Shown here one piece after another: positions 36,802 to 46,426 of a stretch of 64,000 nucleotides of DNA (positions are counted from its first letter, which is position 1; each line of letters begins with the position of its first letter). The notes under the pieces are model-generated. The model was not told where the DNA came from and did no database searches. It saw only the letters and a list, made by a program, of their open reading frames with translations. The position numbers and the translations under genes are program-made. Origin of the DNA: Oxalobacteraceae bacterium (lineage in GTDB: Bacteria > Pseudomonadota > Gammaproteobacteria > Burkholderiales > Burkholderiaceae_D); contig JAUYNR010000115.1 of assembly GCA_030698225.1 (NCBI GenBank), positions 5,058 through 69,057 on the forward strand, written 5' to 3'.

Positions 36802-38043
36802 ATGACATCACATCAACGTATTGCGCGCCTGGGCGCCGCACTTGCCGTGTTATCGATGTTCGCCGGCTGCAGCGAAAAGCCCGGGGCGGCGCCGGGCGCC
36901 GGCATGCCGCCGCCCGAGGTGGCGGTGGTGACGGTGGCGCCGCAGCGGCTGACCATCAGCAACGAATTGCCGGGCCGGCTGGAAGCCACGCGGGTGGCGC
37001 AAGTGCGCGCCCGCGCCGCCGGCATCGTGCAGCAGCGCGCCTTCCGCGAGGGCAGCGAAGTTAAGGCCGGCGAGCTGCTGTTCAGGATCGATCCGGCCCC
37101 TTATCAGGCCGCTTACGAGAGCGCGCAGGCGGCGCTGGCCAGGGCCGAGGCGAATCTGACCCAGGCCAGCCTGAAGCTGCAGCGCTACCAGCCGCTGGTC
37201 GAAATCAATGCGATCAGCAAGCAGGAATACGACGACGCCAGCGCCGCGCGGCAGCAGGCTGCAGCCGATGTCGCGGCGGCCAAGGCGGCCCGCACCACTG
37301 CGGCGTTGAATCTCGGTTACACCCGGGTCACCGCGCCGATTTCCGGCCGCATCGGCCGCGCGCTGGTGACCGAAGGCGCGCTGGTCGGCCAGGGCGAGGC
37401 GACCCAGCTGGCGACGATTCAGCAACTCGATCCGATCTACGTCAACCTGACCCAATCCAGCACCGAGCTGCTGCAACTGCAGCGCGCGCTGGCCGGCGGC
37501 CAATTGCAAAGCGTCGGCCAGGGCAAGGCCGCGGTCACGCTGGTGCTGGAAGACGGCACCCCGTACCCGCTGCCGGGCAAGCTGCTGTTTTCCGACCTGA
37601 GCGTCGATGAAAGCACCGGCGCGGTCAGTTTGCGCGCCGAATTCCCGAACCCGCAGCGCAGCCTGTTGCCCGGCATGTATGTGCGGGCCCGGCTGGAACA
37701 GGGCGTCAGCGAGCAGGCGATCAGCGTGCCGCAGCAAGCGGTCGCGCGCAGTTCCGACGGCGCTACGGTGATGGTGGTCGGCGCCGACGATAAGGTGGCA
37801 GTGCGCCCGGTAAAAACCGGCGCCGCGCAGGGCAATCTGTGGCTGATCAGCGCAGGGCTGCAGGCGGGCGATCGGGTGATTGTCGAAGGGCTGCAGAAAA
37901 TCAAGCCGGGCGCCGCCGTCAAGGTCGTGCCATGGCGGCCGCAGGCGGCAGATACTGCCAAAGGCACACCGCCTTCTGCGCAACAAAACAGCGACAAAAA
38001 GAAAGATACTCCTGCGGCAGTTCCAACAACAAAAGCGCAATAG
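36802..38043 (+). CDS. RND efflux membrane fusion protein (AcrA/MexA type)
   Basis: 413 aa from ATG 36802. Lipobox MFAGC. HlyD/biotinyl-lipoyl-like and coiled-coil regions. Confidence 0.85.
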   Translation: MTSHQRIARLGAALAVLSMFAGCSEKPGAAPGAGMPPPEVAVVTVAPQRLTISNELPGRLEATRVAQVRARAAGIVQQRAFREGSEVKAGELLFRIDPAPYQAAYESAQAALARAEANLTQASLKLQRYQPLVEINAISKQEYDDASAARQQAAADVAAAKAARTTAALNLGYTRVTAPISGRIGRALVTEGALVGQGEATQLATIQQLDPIYVNLTQSSTELLQLQRALAGGQLQSVGQGKAAVTLVLEDGTPYPLPGKLLFSDLSVDESTGAVSLRAEFPNPQRSLLPGMYVRARLEQGVSEQAISVPQQAVARSSDGATVMVVGADDKVAVRPVKTGAAQGNLWLISAGLQAGDRVIVEGLQKIKPGAAVKVVPWRPQAADTAKGTPPSAQQNSDKKKDTPAAVPTTKAQ

Positions 38044-38053
38044 GGGGTGCCGA

Positions 38054-41000
38054 ATGGGAAAATTTTTCATCGACCGACCGGTGTTTGCGTGGGTGCTGGC
38101 GATCTTCATCATGCTGGCCGGGATCCTGGCCATCACGCAATTGCCGGTAGCGCAATATCCGAGCATCGCCCCGCCCACCATCCTGGTGACGGCCGCCTAT
38201 CCGGGCGCCACCGCCCAGACCCTGGAAGATAGCGTCACCAGCCTGATCGAACAGGAGATGAACGGCGCCGAGGGTCTGCAATACATGGAATCGCAAAGCC
38301 AGGCCAACGGCCAGGTGCAGATCACGCTGACTTTCGCCACCGGCACCAATCCCGATCTGGCAGCGGTGGAGGTGTCAAACCGGCTGAAACGGGTCGAATC
38401 GCGCCTGCCGCAAGCGGTCACCCAGCAAGGCGTGCAGGTCACCAAGTCGCGCAGCAATTTCCTGATGTTCGTCACGCTGGCGTCCAAAGACGGGTCGCTC
38501 GATCCGGTCGCGCTGGGCGACTATGCGTCGCGCAATGTCCTCAATGAAATCAAGCGGGTGCCGGGCGTCGGCCAGGCCCAGCTGTTCGGCACCGAACGCG
38601 CGATGCGGATCTGGATCGATCCGGCCAGGCTGGTCGGCTACAAGCTGACCCCGGCCGATGTCTCGAGCGCGATCCGGGGCCAGAATGCGCAGGTCGCATC
38701 CGGCACCCTGGGCGATTTGCCAAGCCCGGCCGGGCAGCAGATTGCCGCCACCATCGTGGTGTCCGGACAATTGTCGACGGTCGAGCAGTTCGGCGCCATC
38801 GTGCTGCGCGCCAATCCCGACGGTTCGATGGTGCGGCTGCGCGACGTCGCGCGGATCGAAATCGGCGGCCAGAATTATGCCACTTCAGCCCGCATCGACG
38901 GCAAGCCGATCACCGCGATCGGGGTCCAGCTGTCGCCGACCGCGAACGCGCTCGGAACCGCCCGGGCGGTGCTGGCCAAGATGGACGAATTGTCGAAATA
39001 CTTCCCGCCCGGAGTCCAGTACGTGGCGCCTTACGACACCTCGAAGTTCGTCCGGATTTCGATCGAGGAAGTGGTCAAGACGCTGCTGGAAGCGATCCTG
39101 CTGGTGTTCCTGGTGATGTATCTGTTCCTGCAGAATATCCGCTACACGCTGATCCCGACCATCGTGGTGCCGGTGGCGCTGCTGGGCACCTTCGCCACCT
39201 TGCTGCTGTTCGGCTTCTCGATCAACGTGCTGACCATGTTCGGCATGGTGCTGGCGATCGGCATCCTGGTCGACGATGCGATCGTGGTGGTGGAAAACGT
39301 CGAACGCATCATGAGCACCGAAGGCTTGTCGCCGCGCGACGCCACCCGCAAGGCGATGGGACAGATCACCGGCGCGCTGATCGGCATCACGCTGGTGCTG
39401 ATCGCGGTGTTCATCCCGATGGCCTTCTTCGGCGGCGCAGTCGGCGCGATTTACCGCCAGTTCTCGCTGTCGATGGTGGCGTCGATGTTCTTCTCGGTGC
39501 TGATGGCGTTTACGCTGACGCCGGCGCTGTGCGCGACGATCCTGAAACCGGTCGAGGCCGGCCATCATCACGAAAAGACCGGCTTCTTCGGCTGGTTCAA
39601 CCGCGGCTTCGGCCGCACCGTCAGCGGCTACCAAAGCTTCGTCGGCCGCATGCTGGGCAAGACCGGGCGTTACCTGCTGCTGTACGGCCTGATCCTGGTC
39701 TGCGTCGGCCTGCTGTATGCGCGTTTGCCGGCATCGTTTTTGCCGGCTGAAGACCAGGGCTATCTGGTAACCAACATCCAGTTGCCGCCCGGCGCCAGCA
39801 GCAACCGTACGCTGGAGGTGATCAAGCAGGTCGAGGATTACTACCTGAAGCAGCCCGGCGTGGCCCACATCATCGCAGTGTCCGGTTTCAGCTTCTCGGG
39901 CAACGGCCAGAATGCCGGCATCGCATTTACCCCGCTGAAAAGCTGGAGCGAGCGCGGCCCGCAGGATTCGGCCGATGCGATCGCCGGCCGCGCGATGGGG
40001 GCGCTGATGCAAATCAAGGATGCGATCGTGTTCCCGGTCAATCCGCCGCCGATTCCCGAACTCGGCAACGCCACCGGCTTCACCTTCCGGCTGCAGGATC
40101 GCGCCGGGCTGGGACACGACGCGCTGGTCGCTGCGCGCAATCAGATGCTGGGCATGGCGTCGCAGAGCAAGGTGCTGGCCGGGGTGCGGCCGGAAGGTCT
40201 GGAAGATGCGCCGCAACTGCAGCTCGAGATCGACCGCGCCAAGGCCAGCGCGCTCGGCGTCTCGTTCGCCGACATCAATAGCGTGCTGTCGACCGCGCTC
40301 GGTTCCAGCTATGTCAACGACTTCCCGAACCAGGGCCGCCAGCAGCGCGTGATCGTCCAGGCCGACGCGCCGCAGCGGTTGCAGCCGGACGATCTGGGTC
40401 AGCTGTATGCGCGCAATGCGCAGGGCGCGATGGTGCCGTTCTCGGCCTTCGTCAGTTCGCGCTGGATCACCGGTCCGGTGCAGCTGATCCGCTACAACGG
40501 CTATCCGGCCATGAAGATCGCCGGTATGGCAGCGCCCGGCCGCAGCACCGGCGAAGCGATGGACGAGATGGAATCGCTGGTGGCCAAGCTGCCGCCCGGC
40601 TTCGGCTTTGAATGGACCGGCCAGTCGCTGGAAGAAAAAACCTCCGGTGCGCAGGCGCCGCTGCTGTACGCGCTGTCGCTGCTGGCGGTGTTCCTGGTGC
40701 TGGCCGCGCTGTACGAAAGCACCTCGATACCGGTCGCGGTGATGCTGGTGGTGCCGCTCGGGATACTCGGCGCGCTGCTGGGCGTGACCTTGCGCGGCAT
40801 GCCCAACGACGTGTATTTCAAGGTCGGGATGATCGCGGTGGTCGGGCTGTCGGCCAAGAATGCGATCCTGATCATCGAGTTCGCCAAGGATCTGCAGGCG
40901 CAAGGGATGGGCTTGATCGAAGCCACGCTGGAAGCGGTGCATCTGCGCTTTAGGCCGATCCTGATGACTTCGCTGGCCTTCATCCTCGGCGTGCTGCCGC

Positions 41001-41206
41001 TGGTGCTGGCCAGCGGCGCCGGTTCGGCCGCGCAGCGCGCGATCGGCACCGGCGTGATGAGCGGGATGATTGCCGCCACCGTGCTGGCGGTGTTCCTGGT
41101 GCCGGTATTTTTCGTCGTGGTGCGCACGCTGTTCAAGGGCAGCGAGCGGCAGCGCAGGATGTATGCGGGCCAAAAGAAAATCGACGTGGAGAATCAAGAT
41201 GTGTAA
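38054..41206 (+). CDS. RND multidrug efflux transporter (AcrB/MexB type)
   Basis: 1050 aa. N-terminus MGKFFIDRPVFAWVLAI.. Typical 12-TM RND architecture. Confidence 0.9.
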   Translation: MGKFFIDRPVFAWVLAIFIMLAGILAITQLPVAQYPSIAPPTILVTAAYPGATAQTLEDSVTSLIEQEMNGAEGLQYMESQSQANGQVQITLTFATGTNPDLAAVEVSNRLKRVESRLPQAVTQQGVQVTKSRSNFLMFVTLASKDGSLDPVALGDYASRNVLNEIKRVPGVGQAQLFGTERAMRIWIDPARLVGYKLTPADVSSAIRGQNAQVASGTLGDLPSPAGQQIAATIVVSGQLSTVEQFGAIVLRANPDGSMVRLRDVARIEIGGQNYATSARIDGKPITAIGVQLSPTANALGTARAVLAKMDELSKYFPPGVQYVAPYDTSKFVRISIEEVVKTLLEAILLVFLVMYLFLQNIRYTLIPTIVVPVALLGTFATLLLFGFSINVLTMFGMVLAIGILVDDAIVVVENVERIMSTEGLSPRDATRKAMGQITGALIGITLVLIAVFIPMAFFGGAVGAIYRQFSLSMVASMFFSVLMAFTLTPALCATILKPVEAGHHHEKTGFFGWFNRGFGRTVSGYQSFVGRMLGKTGRYLLLYGLILVCVGLLYARLPASFLPAEDQGYLVTNIQLPPGASSNRTLEVIKQVEDYYLKQPGVAHIIAVSGFSFSGNGQNAGIAFTPLKSWSERGPQDSADAIAGRAMGALMQIKDAIVFPVNPPPIPELGNATGFTFRLQDRAGLGHDALVAARNQMLGMASQSKVLAGVRPEGLEDAPQLQLEIDRAKASALGVSFADINSVLSTALGSSYVNDFPNQGRQQRVIVQADAPQRLQPDDLGQLYARNAQGAMVPFSAFVSSRWITGPVQLIRYNGYPAMKIAGMAAPGRSTGEAMDEMESLVAKLPPGFGFEWTGQSLEEKTSGAQAPLLYALSLLAVFLVLAALYESTSIPVAVMLVVPLGILGALLGVTLRGMPNDVYFKVGMIAVVGLSAKNAILIIEFAKDLQAQGMGLIEATLEAVHLRFRPILMTSLAFILGVLPLVLASGAGSAAQRAIGTGVMSGMIAATVLAVFLVPVFFVVVRTLFKGSERQRRMYAGQKKIDVENQDV

Positions 41207-42653
41207 ATCACGAATGTTGCCATCGATACAGCAACGCAGGCAGCAACTGACGCTGACGCTGCTGGTGGCCGGCGTATTGTCCGGCTGCTCGCTGGCGCCG
41301 CAGTATCTGCGCCCGGACGCGCCGGTGGCCGCCAGCTATGGCGGCCAATCAAGCAGCGCCGCAGCGGCTGCCACCAGGGCGGCGGCCGAGATCGGCTGGC
41401 GCGAATTCTTCACCGATGCGCGGCTGCAGGCGCTGATCGAAAGCGCGCTGGAGCACAACCGCGACCTGCGCGCGGCCGCGCTGCGCATCGAGGAAGCGCG
41501 GGCCCAGTACAACATCCAGTCGGCCGACCGGTTGCCGAACATCAACGGCAGCGCCAGCGGCGCGCGCAGCAGGACGCCGGCCGACCTGCGCTCGCAAGGC
41601 AGCGGCAACACCGGCGGCCGCTATGATGTCGGCGTTGGCCTGGCGTCGTTCGAGCTGGACTTTTTCGGCCGGGTGCGCAGCCTGAATGACGCCGCCTTGG
41701 CGCAATACCTGGCCACCGAAGAGGCGCGCCAGTCGGTGAGAATCAGCCTGGTGGCCGAAGTCGCCAACGCCTATCTGGCCGAGCGCGCATTCGCCCAGCA
41801 GCAGGCGCTGGCGCAGCAATCGTTCGATGCCCGCAGCAGCGGCTATCGGCTGGCGCAGAAACGCTTCGAAGTCGGCGCCAGTTCCGCGCTCGACCTGCGC
41901 CAGGAAGAGTCGTTGCTGCAGTCGGCCCGGGTGTCGCTGGTGACGCTGGCGCGCCAGCGCGCCCAGGCTGAAAACGCACTGGTGCTGCTGGTCGGCAAGC
42001 CGCTGGCCGACTTGCCGCCGGCGCAGCCGCTGTCGGCGCAAAATATCGTCGCCGAAATTCCGGCCGGCCTGCCGTCGGACCTGCTGGCCAGCCGCCCCGA
42101 CATCCGCCAGTTCGAGCACCGGCTGAAAGCCGCCAACGCGAATATCGGCGCCGCGCGGGCCGCCTTCTTCCCTCGCATCACGCTCACCGCCAGCGCCGGC
42201 ACCGCCAGCGGCGCGCTGTCGGGACTGTTCGACGCCGGCTCCGGCGCCTGGTCGTTCGCGCCGCAACTAGTGTTGCCGATTTTCGACGGCGGGCGCAACC
42301 GCGGCAACCTGAAGCTGGCCGAAGTGCGCAAGAATCTGGCCATCGTCGATTACGAAAAAGCGATCCAGAGCGCCTTTCGCGAAGTCTCCGACGCGCTGGC
42401 GGCGCGCGGCTTGCTCGACGAACAGATCGCCGCCCAGGCCGCGGTCAGGGACGCCGAAGCCGAGCGCCTGAAACTGTCGGAAGCGCGTTTCCGCAGCGGC
42501 ATCGCCAGCTCGCTCGACGTGTTCGACGCGCAACGCCAATCGTTCGCCGCCGAGCAGACGCTGGTGCAGGCGCAACTGCTGCGCCTGACCAACGCGGTCG
42601 ACCTGTACCGGGCGCTGGGCGGCGGCTGGCAGGAAGGCGGCGCAGCGCAATAA
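41199..42653 (+). CDS. Outer-membrane factor lipoprotein (OprM/NodT family)
   Basis: 484 aa. Lipobox LSGCSL. Two OEP repeats. Start overlaps the RND gene stop (alternative ATG at 41214). Confidence 0.85.
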   Translation: MCKSRMLPSIQQRRQQLTLTLLVAGVLSGCSLAPQYLRPDAPVAASYGGQSSSAAAAATRAAAEIGWREFFTDARLQALIESALEHNRDLRAAALRIEEARAQYNIQSADRLPNINGSASGARSRTPADLRSQGSGNTGGRYDVGVGLASFELDFFGRVRSLNDAALAQYLATEEARQSVRISLVAEVANAYLAERAFAQQQALAQQSFDARSSGYRLAQKRFEVGASSALDLRQEESLLQSARVSLVTLARQRAQAENALVLLVGKPLADLPPAQPLSAQNIVAEIPAGLPSDLLASRPDIRQFEHRLKAANANIGAARAAFFPRITLTASAGTASGALSGLFDAGSGAWSFAPQLVLPIFDGGRNRGNLKLAEVRKNLAIVDYEKAIQSAFREVSDALAARGLLDEQIAAQAAVRDAEAERLKLSEARFRSGIASSLDVFDAQRQSFAAEQTLVQAQLLRLTNAVDLYRALGGGWQEGGAAQ

Positions 42654-42690
42654 AGGGCCAGGGCGCCGCAGCGCGCCCACCTTCAATCAA

Positions 42691-42759
42691 TAAAATAACG
42701 GGAGTATATTTAAAAACAGTGCATTTGCCGCATGCATTCATTGCGGTAATGAATAATAC
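42691..42759 (+). repeat. AT-rich interspersed repeat, copy 5 of 9
   Basis: aaaataacgggagtatatttaaaaacagtgcatttgccgcatgcattcattgcggtaatgaataatac. Confidence 0.65.
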
Positions 42760-42837
42760 ATAAGTAGGTATTATTTGATTCCCGAAGTGGTTTTCGGGCC
42801 TCGAACCGGCCTCAAAATCCGTGGAGCGGCATGCGCA

Positions 42838-43061
42838 TCAGCGCTGGTCGAACGCCGCTTGGCCGACTTCGGCAGCAACGCGCTGATGCGCGGCGCGGTC
42901 CGCCGGACGATGCTTGACGGCCGTTCCGGCCGGATAGGCGCCGAGGAAATTGCCGCTTTTCCAGCCTTTCAGTTTTGCGCCGGGCGCACCGGACGCGGCG
43001 CAAAGCCGCCGGCGCAAAATGTGCATTCGAAGCTGCATATCCTGGCCTCCAGCCCATCCAT
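42838..43061 (-). pseudogene. Possible DUF1272-like gene remnant (truncated, frameshifted)
   Basis: The minus strand reads MDGLEARICSFECTFCAGGFAPRPVRPAQN*. ICSFECTFC is the hallmark I recall for DUF1272. The N-terminal Cys pair and the CPNCGG block are missing, and the reading frame continues only after a shift. Confidence 0.3.
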
Positions 43062-43190
43062 AACTGACTCAGGCGTAACACTTGGAAAGCACTTGTCAAC
43101 TCTAAATCGGTAGGGGTGGCAAAAAGTTAATTGAAAGAAATATCCCATTGGCTTCTACGTGATTTAACAATGGAGGATTGAACCGGCTTC

Positions 43191-43598
43191 TCAAGAAAAC
43201 CACCTCAAAAACGCGGCGGCGGTTAGCGCTGTCGCGGCCAGCGCCGCCAGCGCGCGCCAAACTGCTTGTTGTACCCGTTCACTCCACCCGATGCCACGAT
43301 AGAGATACGCGGCGGCGAACATGAATCCCGCAGCGACGCATGCCATCTTGATCAGCAGCGCGGCAACCGCGATGCCATGAATATCCGGGAAATGTCCGTA
43401 ATAAAGCCAACTGACCACACCGAAGGCGCCACCGCTGACAGCTTGCGCGGCCCATCCCCCCAACATTATCCATCCCAGTGGTTTGCGCATCCGCCCTGGC
43501 CCCGACCATAATCCATAGGCCGCACTGCCGACAACGGCGACGGCGCCGAAATTGTGAACGACCTGGATCGCCGCATAGGCCAAATTTTGCAGATCCAT
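43191..43598 (-). CDS. Hypothetical 4-TM membrane protein
   Basis: 135 aa, hydrophobic throughout. Starts 3 nt after the stop of the upstream secreted-protein gene. Confidence 0.5.
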   Translation of the reverse strand: MDLQNLAYAAIQVVHNFGAVAVVGSAAYGLWSGPGRMRKPLGWIMLGGWAAQAVSGGAFGVVSWLYYGHFPDIHGIAVAALLIKMACVAAGFMFAAAYLYRGIGWSERVQQAVWRALAALAATALTAAAFLRWFS

Positions 43599-43601
43599 GC
43601 G

Positions 43602-43946
43602 CTAGTTGACTGTCACCTTGACGCACTGTTCCACGCCGATGGGCGTATGACCCTTATCCACGACCTTGACGCAGATGTCGTGCTGGCCGGGCGAAAGCTT
43701 TGCCAGTGCGTAGCTGCCCTTGAGTTGACGCAGGATGCCCACTTCCTTCTCATCCACGTAAAGGTGGCTATGGTCGCCCTTGGGGCCGGGTATGACTTCA
43801 TAGACAACCTGGTTTTTGGTCATGGCATCAAGCGTGGCCCCGTCCGCAGGAGCCGTGATCTTGACAGATGCATCCTCGGCAAAGCTTATCTGTGCGCAGG
43901 CAAGCAGCGCAGCACCGAGGATTGGAAAAATAGACGAAATGCGCAT
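43602..43946 (-). CDS. Secreted DUF4399-like protein
   Basis: 114 aa. Signal peptide ..SFAED. The pattern ITAPADGATL .. GDHSHLYVD .. LSPGQHDICVKV..GH resembles DUF4399. Confidence 0.5.
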   Translation of the reverse strand: MRISSIFPILGAALLACAQISFAEDASVKITAPADGATLDAMTKNQVVYEVIPGPKGDHSHLYVDEKEVGILRQLKGSYALAKLSPGQHDICVKVVDKGHTPIGVEQCVKVTVN

Positions 43947-44190
43947 GGCGACCTCCTCTTGGTTAATCCGAATACCGCAGCGAGCACGTCATCTTCGAGC
44001 TGCCAGGCTAAATTTCATATATAGCACAACAGTATTAAACGACAAGAAGAAAGGCCCATGGAGAACCGTTGTCCTTTGGTTAATTAGTCGAGCTACGAAG
44101 AACAGCGGACATCGGGTTGACGAACAGGGTGGCAGTTCTGCTGGCAGCTATTCACGACATCGCGGGCTCCCATGGTCGATGGACCATGTG

Positions 44191-44238
44191 GCGACCACCT
44201 TCGCCCTGCTGAATTGCCAGCAGGGCGAAGGTGGTCGC
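44191..44238. repeat. Perfect 21-bp-arm hairpin after the isochorismatase gene
   Basis: gcgaccaccttcgccctgctg - aattgc - cagcagggcgaaggtggtcgc. No T-tract on either strand. A second small hairpin (ccatggtc/gaccatgg) sits beside it. Confidence 0.6.
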
Positions 44239-44240
44239 GG

Positions 44241-44846
44241 TCAGGTCGCTTGGGTCAGGCTGGCCGTGTTGGGCGCCACCACGGCGAACAGGTCGGCGAG
44301 GGCGGCGAGGCTGGCCTGCTGCAGCGCGCCGGCCGTAACCATGCGCCCGTCGGTGCCGGGCAGATCACGCGTCGCGGTAGCTGCGGCGACCACCGTGGGG
44401 GCGAAGCCCAGATTGAAAGCGCCACGAGCCGTCGAGTTGACGCACATGTGGGTCATGAAGCCGGCCAGAACCACGTTGCTGCGGCCGGTGCTCTTGAGTT
44501 GTGCCTCGAGATCCGTACCGACAAACGAGTTCGGGTAGTTCTTGACGATGACCGGTTCGCCCGCGGCCGGGGCGACCTTGTCGGCGATGGCGCCGATCGG
44601 CTGGCGGATGTCGTAGGGGCTGCCGGGGCCGGCGTCGTGCTGGATGTGGATGATCGGTATGCCCAGCTGGCGGGCTGCGGCGAGCAGTCGGGCGGCTTCG
44701 TCGAGGGCGGCCTCGACGCCGCTGAGGGTCATGATGCCCTGGCGATAGGTGTTCTGGCAGTCGATCAGGACGAGGGCCGAGTCGGCCAGCGGGGCAGGGG
44801 TGCCGGGCAGTCCGGCGATATTGCGCAAGGTGGTGGGGTTCGGCAT
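44241..44846 (-). CDS. Isochorismatase-family cysteine hydrolase
   Basis: 201 aa. ALVLIDCQN, a VKN..SF block and the catalytic GFMTHMCV motif. Confidence 0.85.
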   Translation of the reverse strand: MPNPTTLRNIAGLPGTPAPLADSALVLIDCQNTYRQGIMTLSGVEAALDEAARLLAAARQLGIPIIHIQHDAGPGSPYDIRQPIGAIADKVAPAAGEPVIVKNYPNSFVGTDLEAQLKSTGRSNVVLAGFMTHMCVNSTARGAFNLGFAPTVVAAATATRDLPGTDGRMVTAGALQQASLAALADLFAVVAPNTASLTQAT

Positions 44847-44907
44847 ACTGCGGTCTCCTGTTTGAATTAAGTGTTACGGAGAATACGACGTATGGCGGAC
44901 TTGCGGA

Positions 44908-45813
44908 ATGAATAAAGTTGCATCCGTCGCGGGCAATTTTGCATCGGTGCCGGACTGGAACGATGTGCGCTACGCGATGGTGCTGGGGCGCTGCGGTTCT
45001 CTGGCTGCGGCCGCCCGCCAGCTGGCGGTGGATCAGACGACCGTCTCCCGGCGGCTGCGGGTCTTGGAGGCCGGGCTGGGCACGCCGCTGTTCGAACGCT
45101 TGAAAGGTCAACTGACGCCGACCCCGGCCGGGCGCGTTTTGCTCGAATGCGGCGCACGCATGGAGCAGGAGATGGCGGCCCTCTGCCATCTGGCCGCCGA
45201 CAGCCAATCGACCGTGCAGGGGGTGATCCGCATTACGGCGGTCGATGCGCTGGTTTCCCATTATCTGGCGCAACACCTGGCCGAGTTGCGCGGGCGTTAT
45301 CCAAACTTGTCCGTGGAATTGATCGCCAGCAGCAAGAGCCTCGACCTGACCCGTCGTGAGGCGGACATCGCGATCCGCCTGGCGCGGCCTGTAGAGGGGG
45401 ATCTCGTGGTGCGCTGTCTGGGCAAACTGGCCTATGGCGTCTATGGTCCGCGCGGCCATGAAACGCCAGCATCCTGGGCGGAGGCTCCGTGGGTGGCCTA
45501 TGAGCGCTCCCTGGATCAGGTGCCGGAAATGCTATGGTTGGCGGAGGCCGCCGGTCATGAGCGGATCTTCTTCCGGTGCAACAACATGGATGCGCTGGCC
45601 ACGGCGGTGGCCGATGGGCTCGGCCTGGGCATCCTGCCCCGGTTCATCGGCGACCGGCATACGGCCATCTGCCGTCTGTCGGGGGCGGCGCCGGTGTTGT
45701 ACCGGGAAATGTGGCTGGTGCTGCCCAGGGAGTTGCGTGACATTCCGCGCATCCGCGCGGTCAGCGACTGGCTGGTGCAACGCTTCACGGCCGATGAGGC
45801 GTCTTTTGTCTGA
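44908..45813 (+). CDS. LysR-family transcriptional regulator
   Basis: 301 aa. wHTH block AAARQLAVDQTTVSRRLRVLE. Divergent from the isochorismatase gene. Confidence 0.85.
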   Translation: MNKVASVAGNFASVPDWNDVRYAMVLGRCGSLAAAARQLAVDQTTVSRRLRVLEAGLGTPLFERLKGQLTPTPAGRVLLECGARMEQEMAALCHLAADSQSTVQGVIRITAVDALVSHYLAQHLAELRGRYPNLSVELIASSKSLDLTRREADIAIRLARPVEGDLVVRCLGKLAYGVYGPRGHETPASWAEAPWVAYERSLDQVPEMLWLAEAAGHERIFFRCNNMDALATAVADGLGLGILPRFIGDRHTAICRLSGAAPVLYREMWLVLPRELRDIPRIRAVSDWLVQRFTADEASFV

Positions 45814-46023
45814 GCAGCTTCCGGTCCCGCGTCCGGGTTCGCCCACGCTTTCCCTGCTGGTCGAGAGCTTCCTGCACCTGACCGGACAGAATCCGGTCGT
45901 TGCCGGCGATTCAGTGGAGGCCGCCCTCTGGCTGGCACCTCGGGTGATCGTGGCGCACGGCACCGAAACGGACCCGATATTTTCTATGGCAATCGTCTGG
46001 CCCTGAAACTGTTCGATCAGTGA
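45794..46023 (+). pseudogene. MEKHLA-domain gene remnant (frameshifted and 3'-truncated)
   Basis: LLVESFLHLTGQ..ALWLAPRVIVAHGTETDPIF, then after a 1-nt frame slip at ~45983, YGNRLALKLFDQ*. This matches the N-terminal half of MEKHLA domains (HGT..DPIFNYGN..AL.LF) as I recall them. The C-terminal half is absent. Confidence 0.5.
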
Positions 46024-46426
46024 TCGATAAGCCTCTTTTCATTTTCTGGGACACAGTTAATGAAAAAAATGTGCGGTTTGTGACGCGAATAGGGGAAATT
46101 ATTCGGCCGGTGGCGGACGCAGAGAAGCTTGGCAGCTTGATATGCACGCGGCAGCCCAGCCCTCATTTGCCGGGACGCATCGGATTCGCTTGAGATTCAA
46201 GCTTGCCTGATGGCTGAGAACGGCCATGAACGGCCAGTCGAGCATTCCAAGTTGAATGCCCGTTTCAAACTGATTGGAGCCGTTCGGTTACTGGGTCTAA
46301 TTAACTCAACACGATCTGAGATACACAGCCACTTTCAACCCTCAGAAAATGTTGTTTTTGGCCCCCGAACCTGCCAAATCGCTGTCGAGCCAAGTCGTGC
46401 CGCTCGGTCGAGGTCTTGGCCACTCG

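Noticed and set aside
38885-41197. 770-aa ORF on the minus strand
   Set aside because: It lies antisense to the AcrB-type RND gene and has an Arg/His/Gln/Asp-rich nonsense composition.
42775-43113. 112-aa plus-strand ORF in the post-efflux gap
   Set aside because: It has no start context or motifs. The opposite strand carries the DUF1272-like remnant, which better explains the residual ORF signal.
44365-45459. 364-aa minus-strand ORF
   Set aside because: It lies antisense to the LysR regulator and overlaps the isochorismatase gene out of frame.
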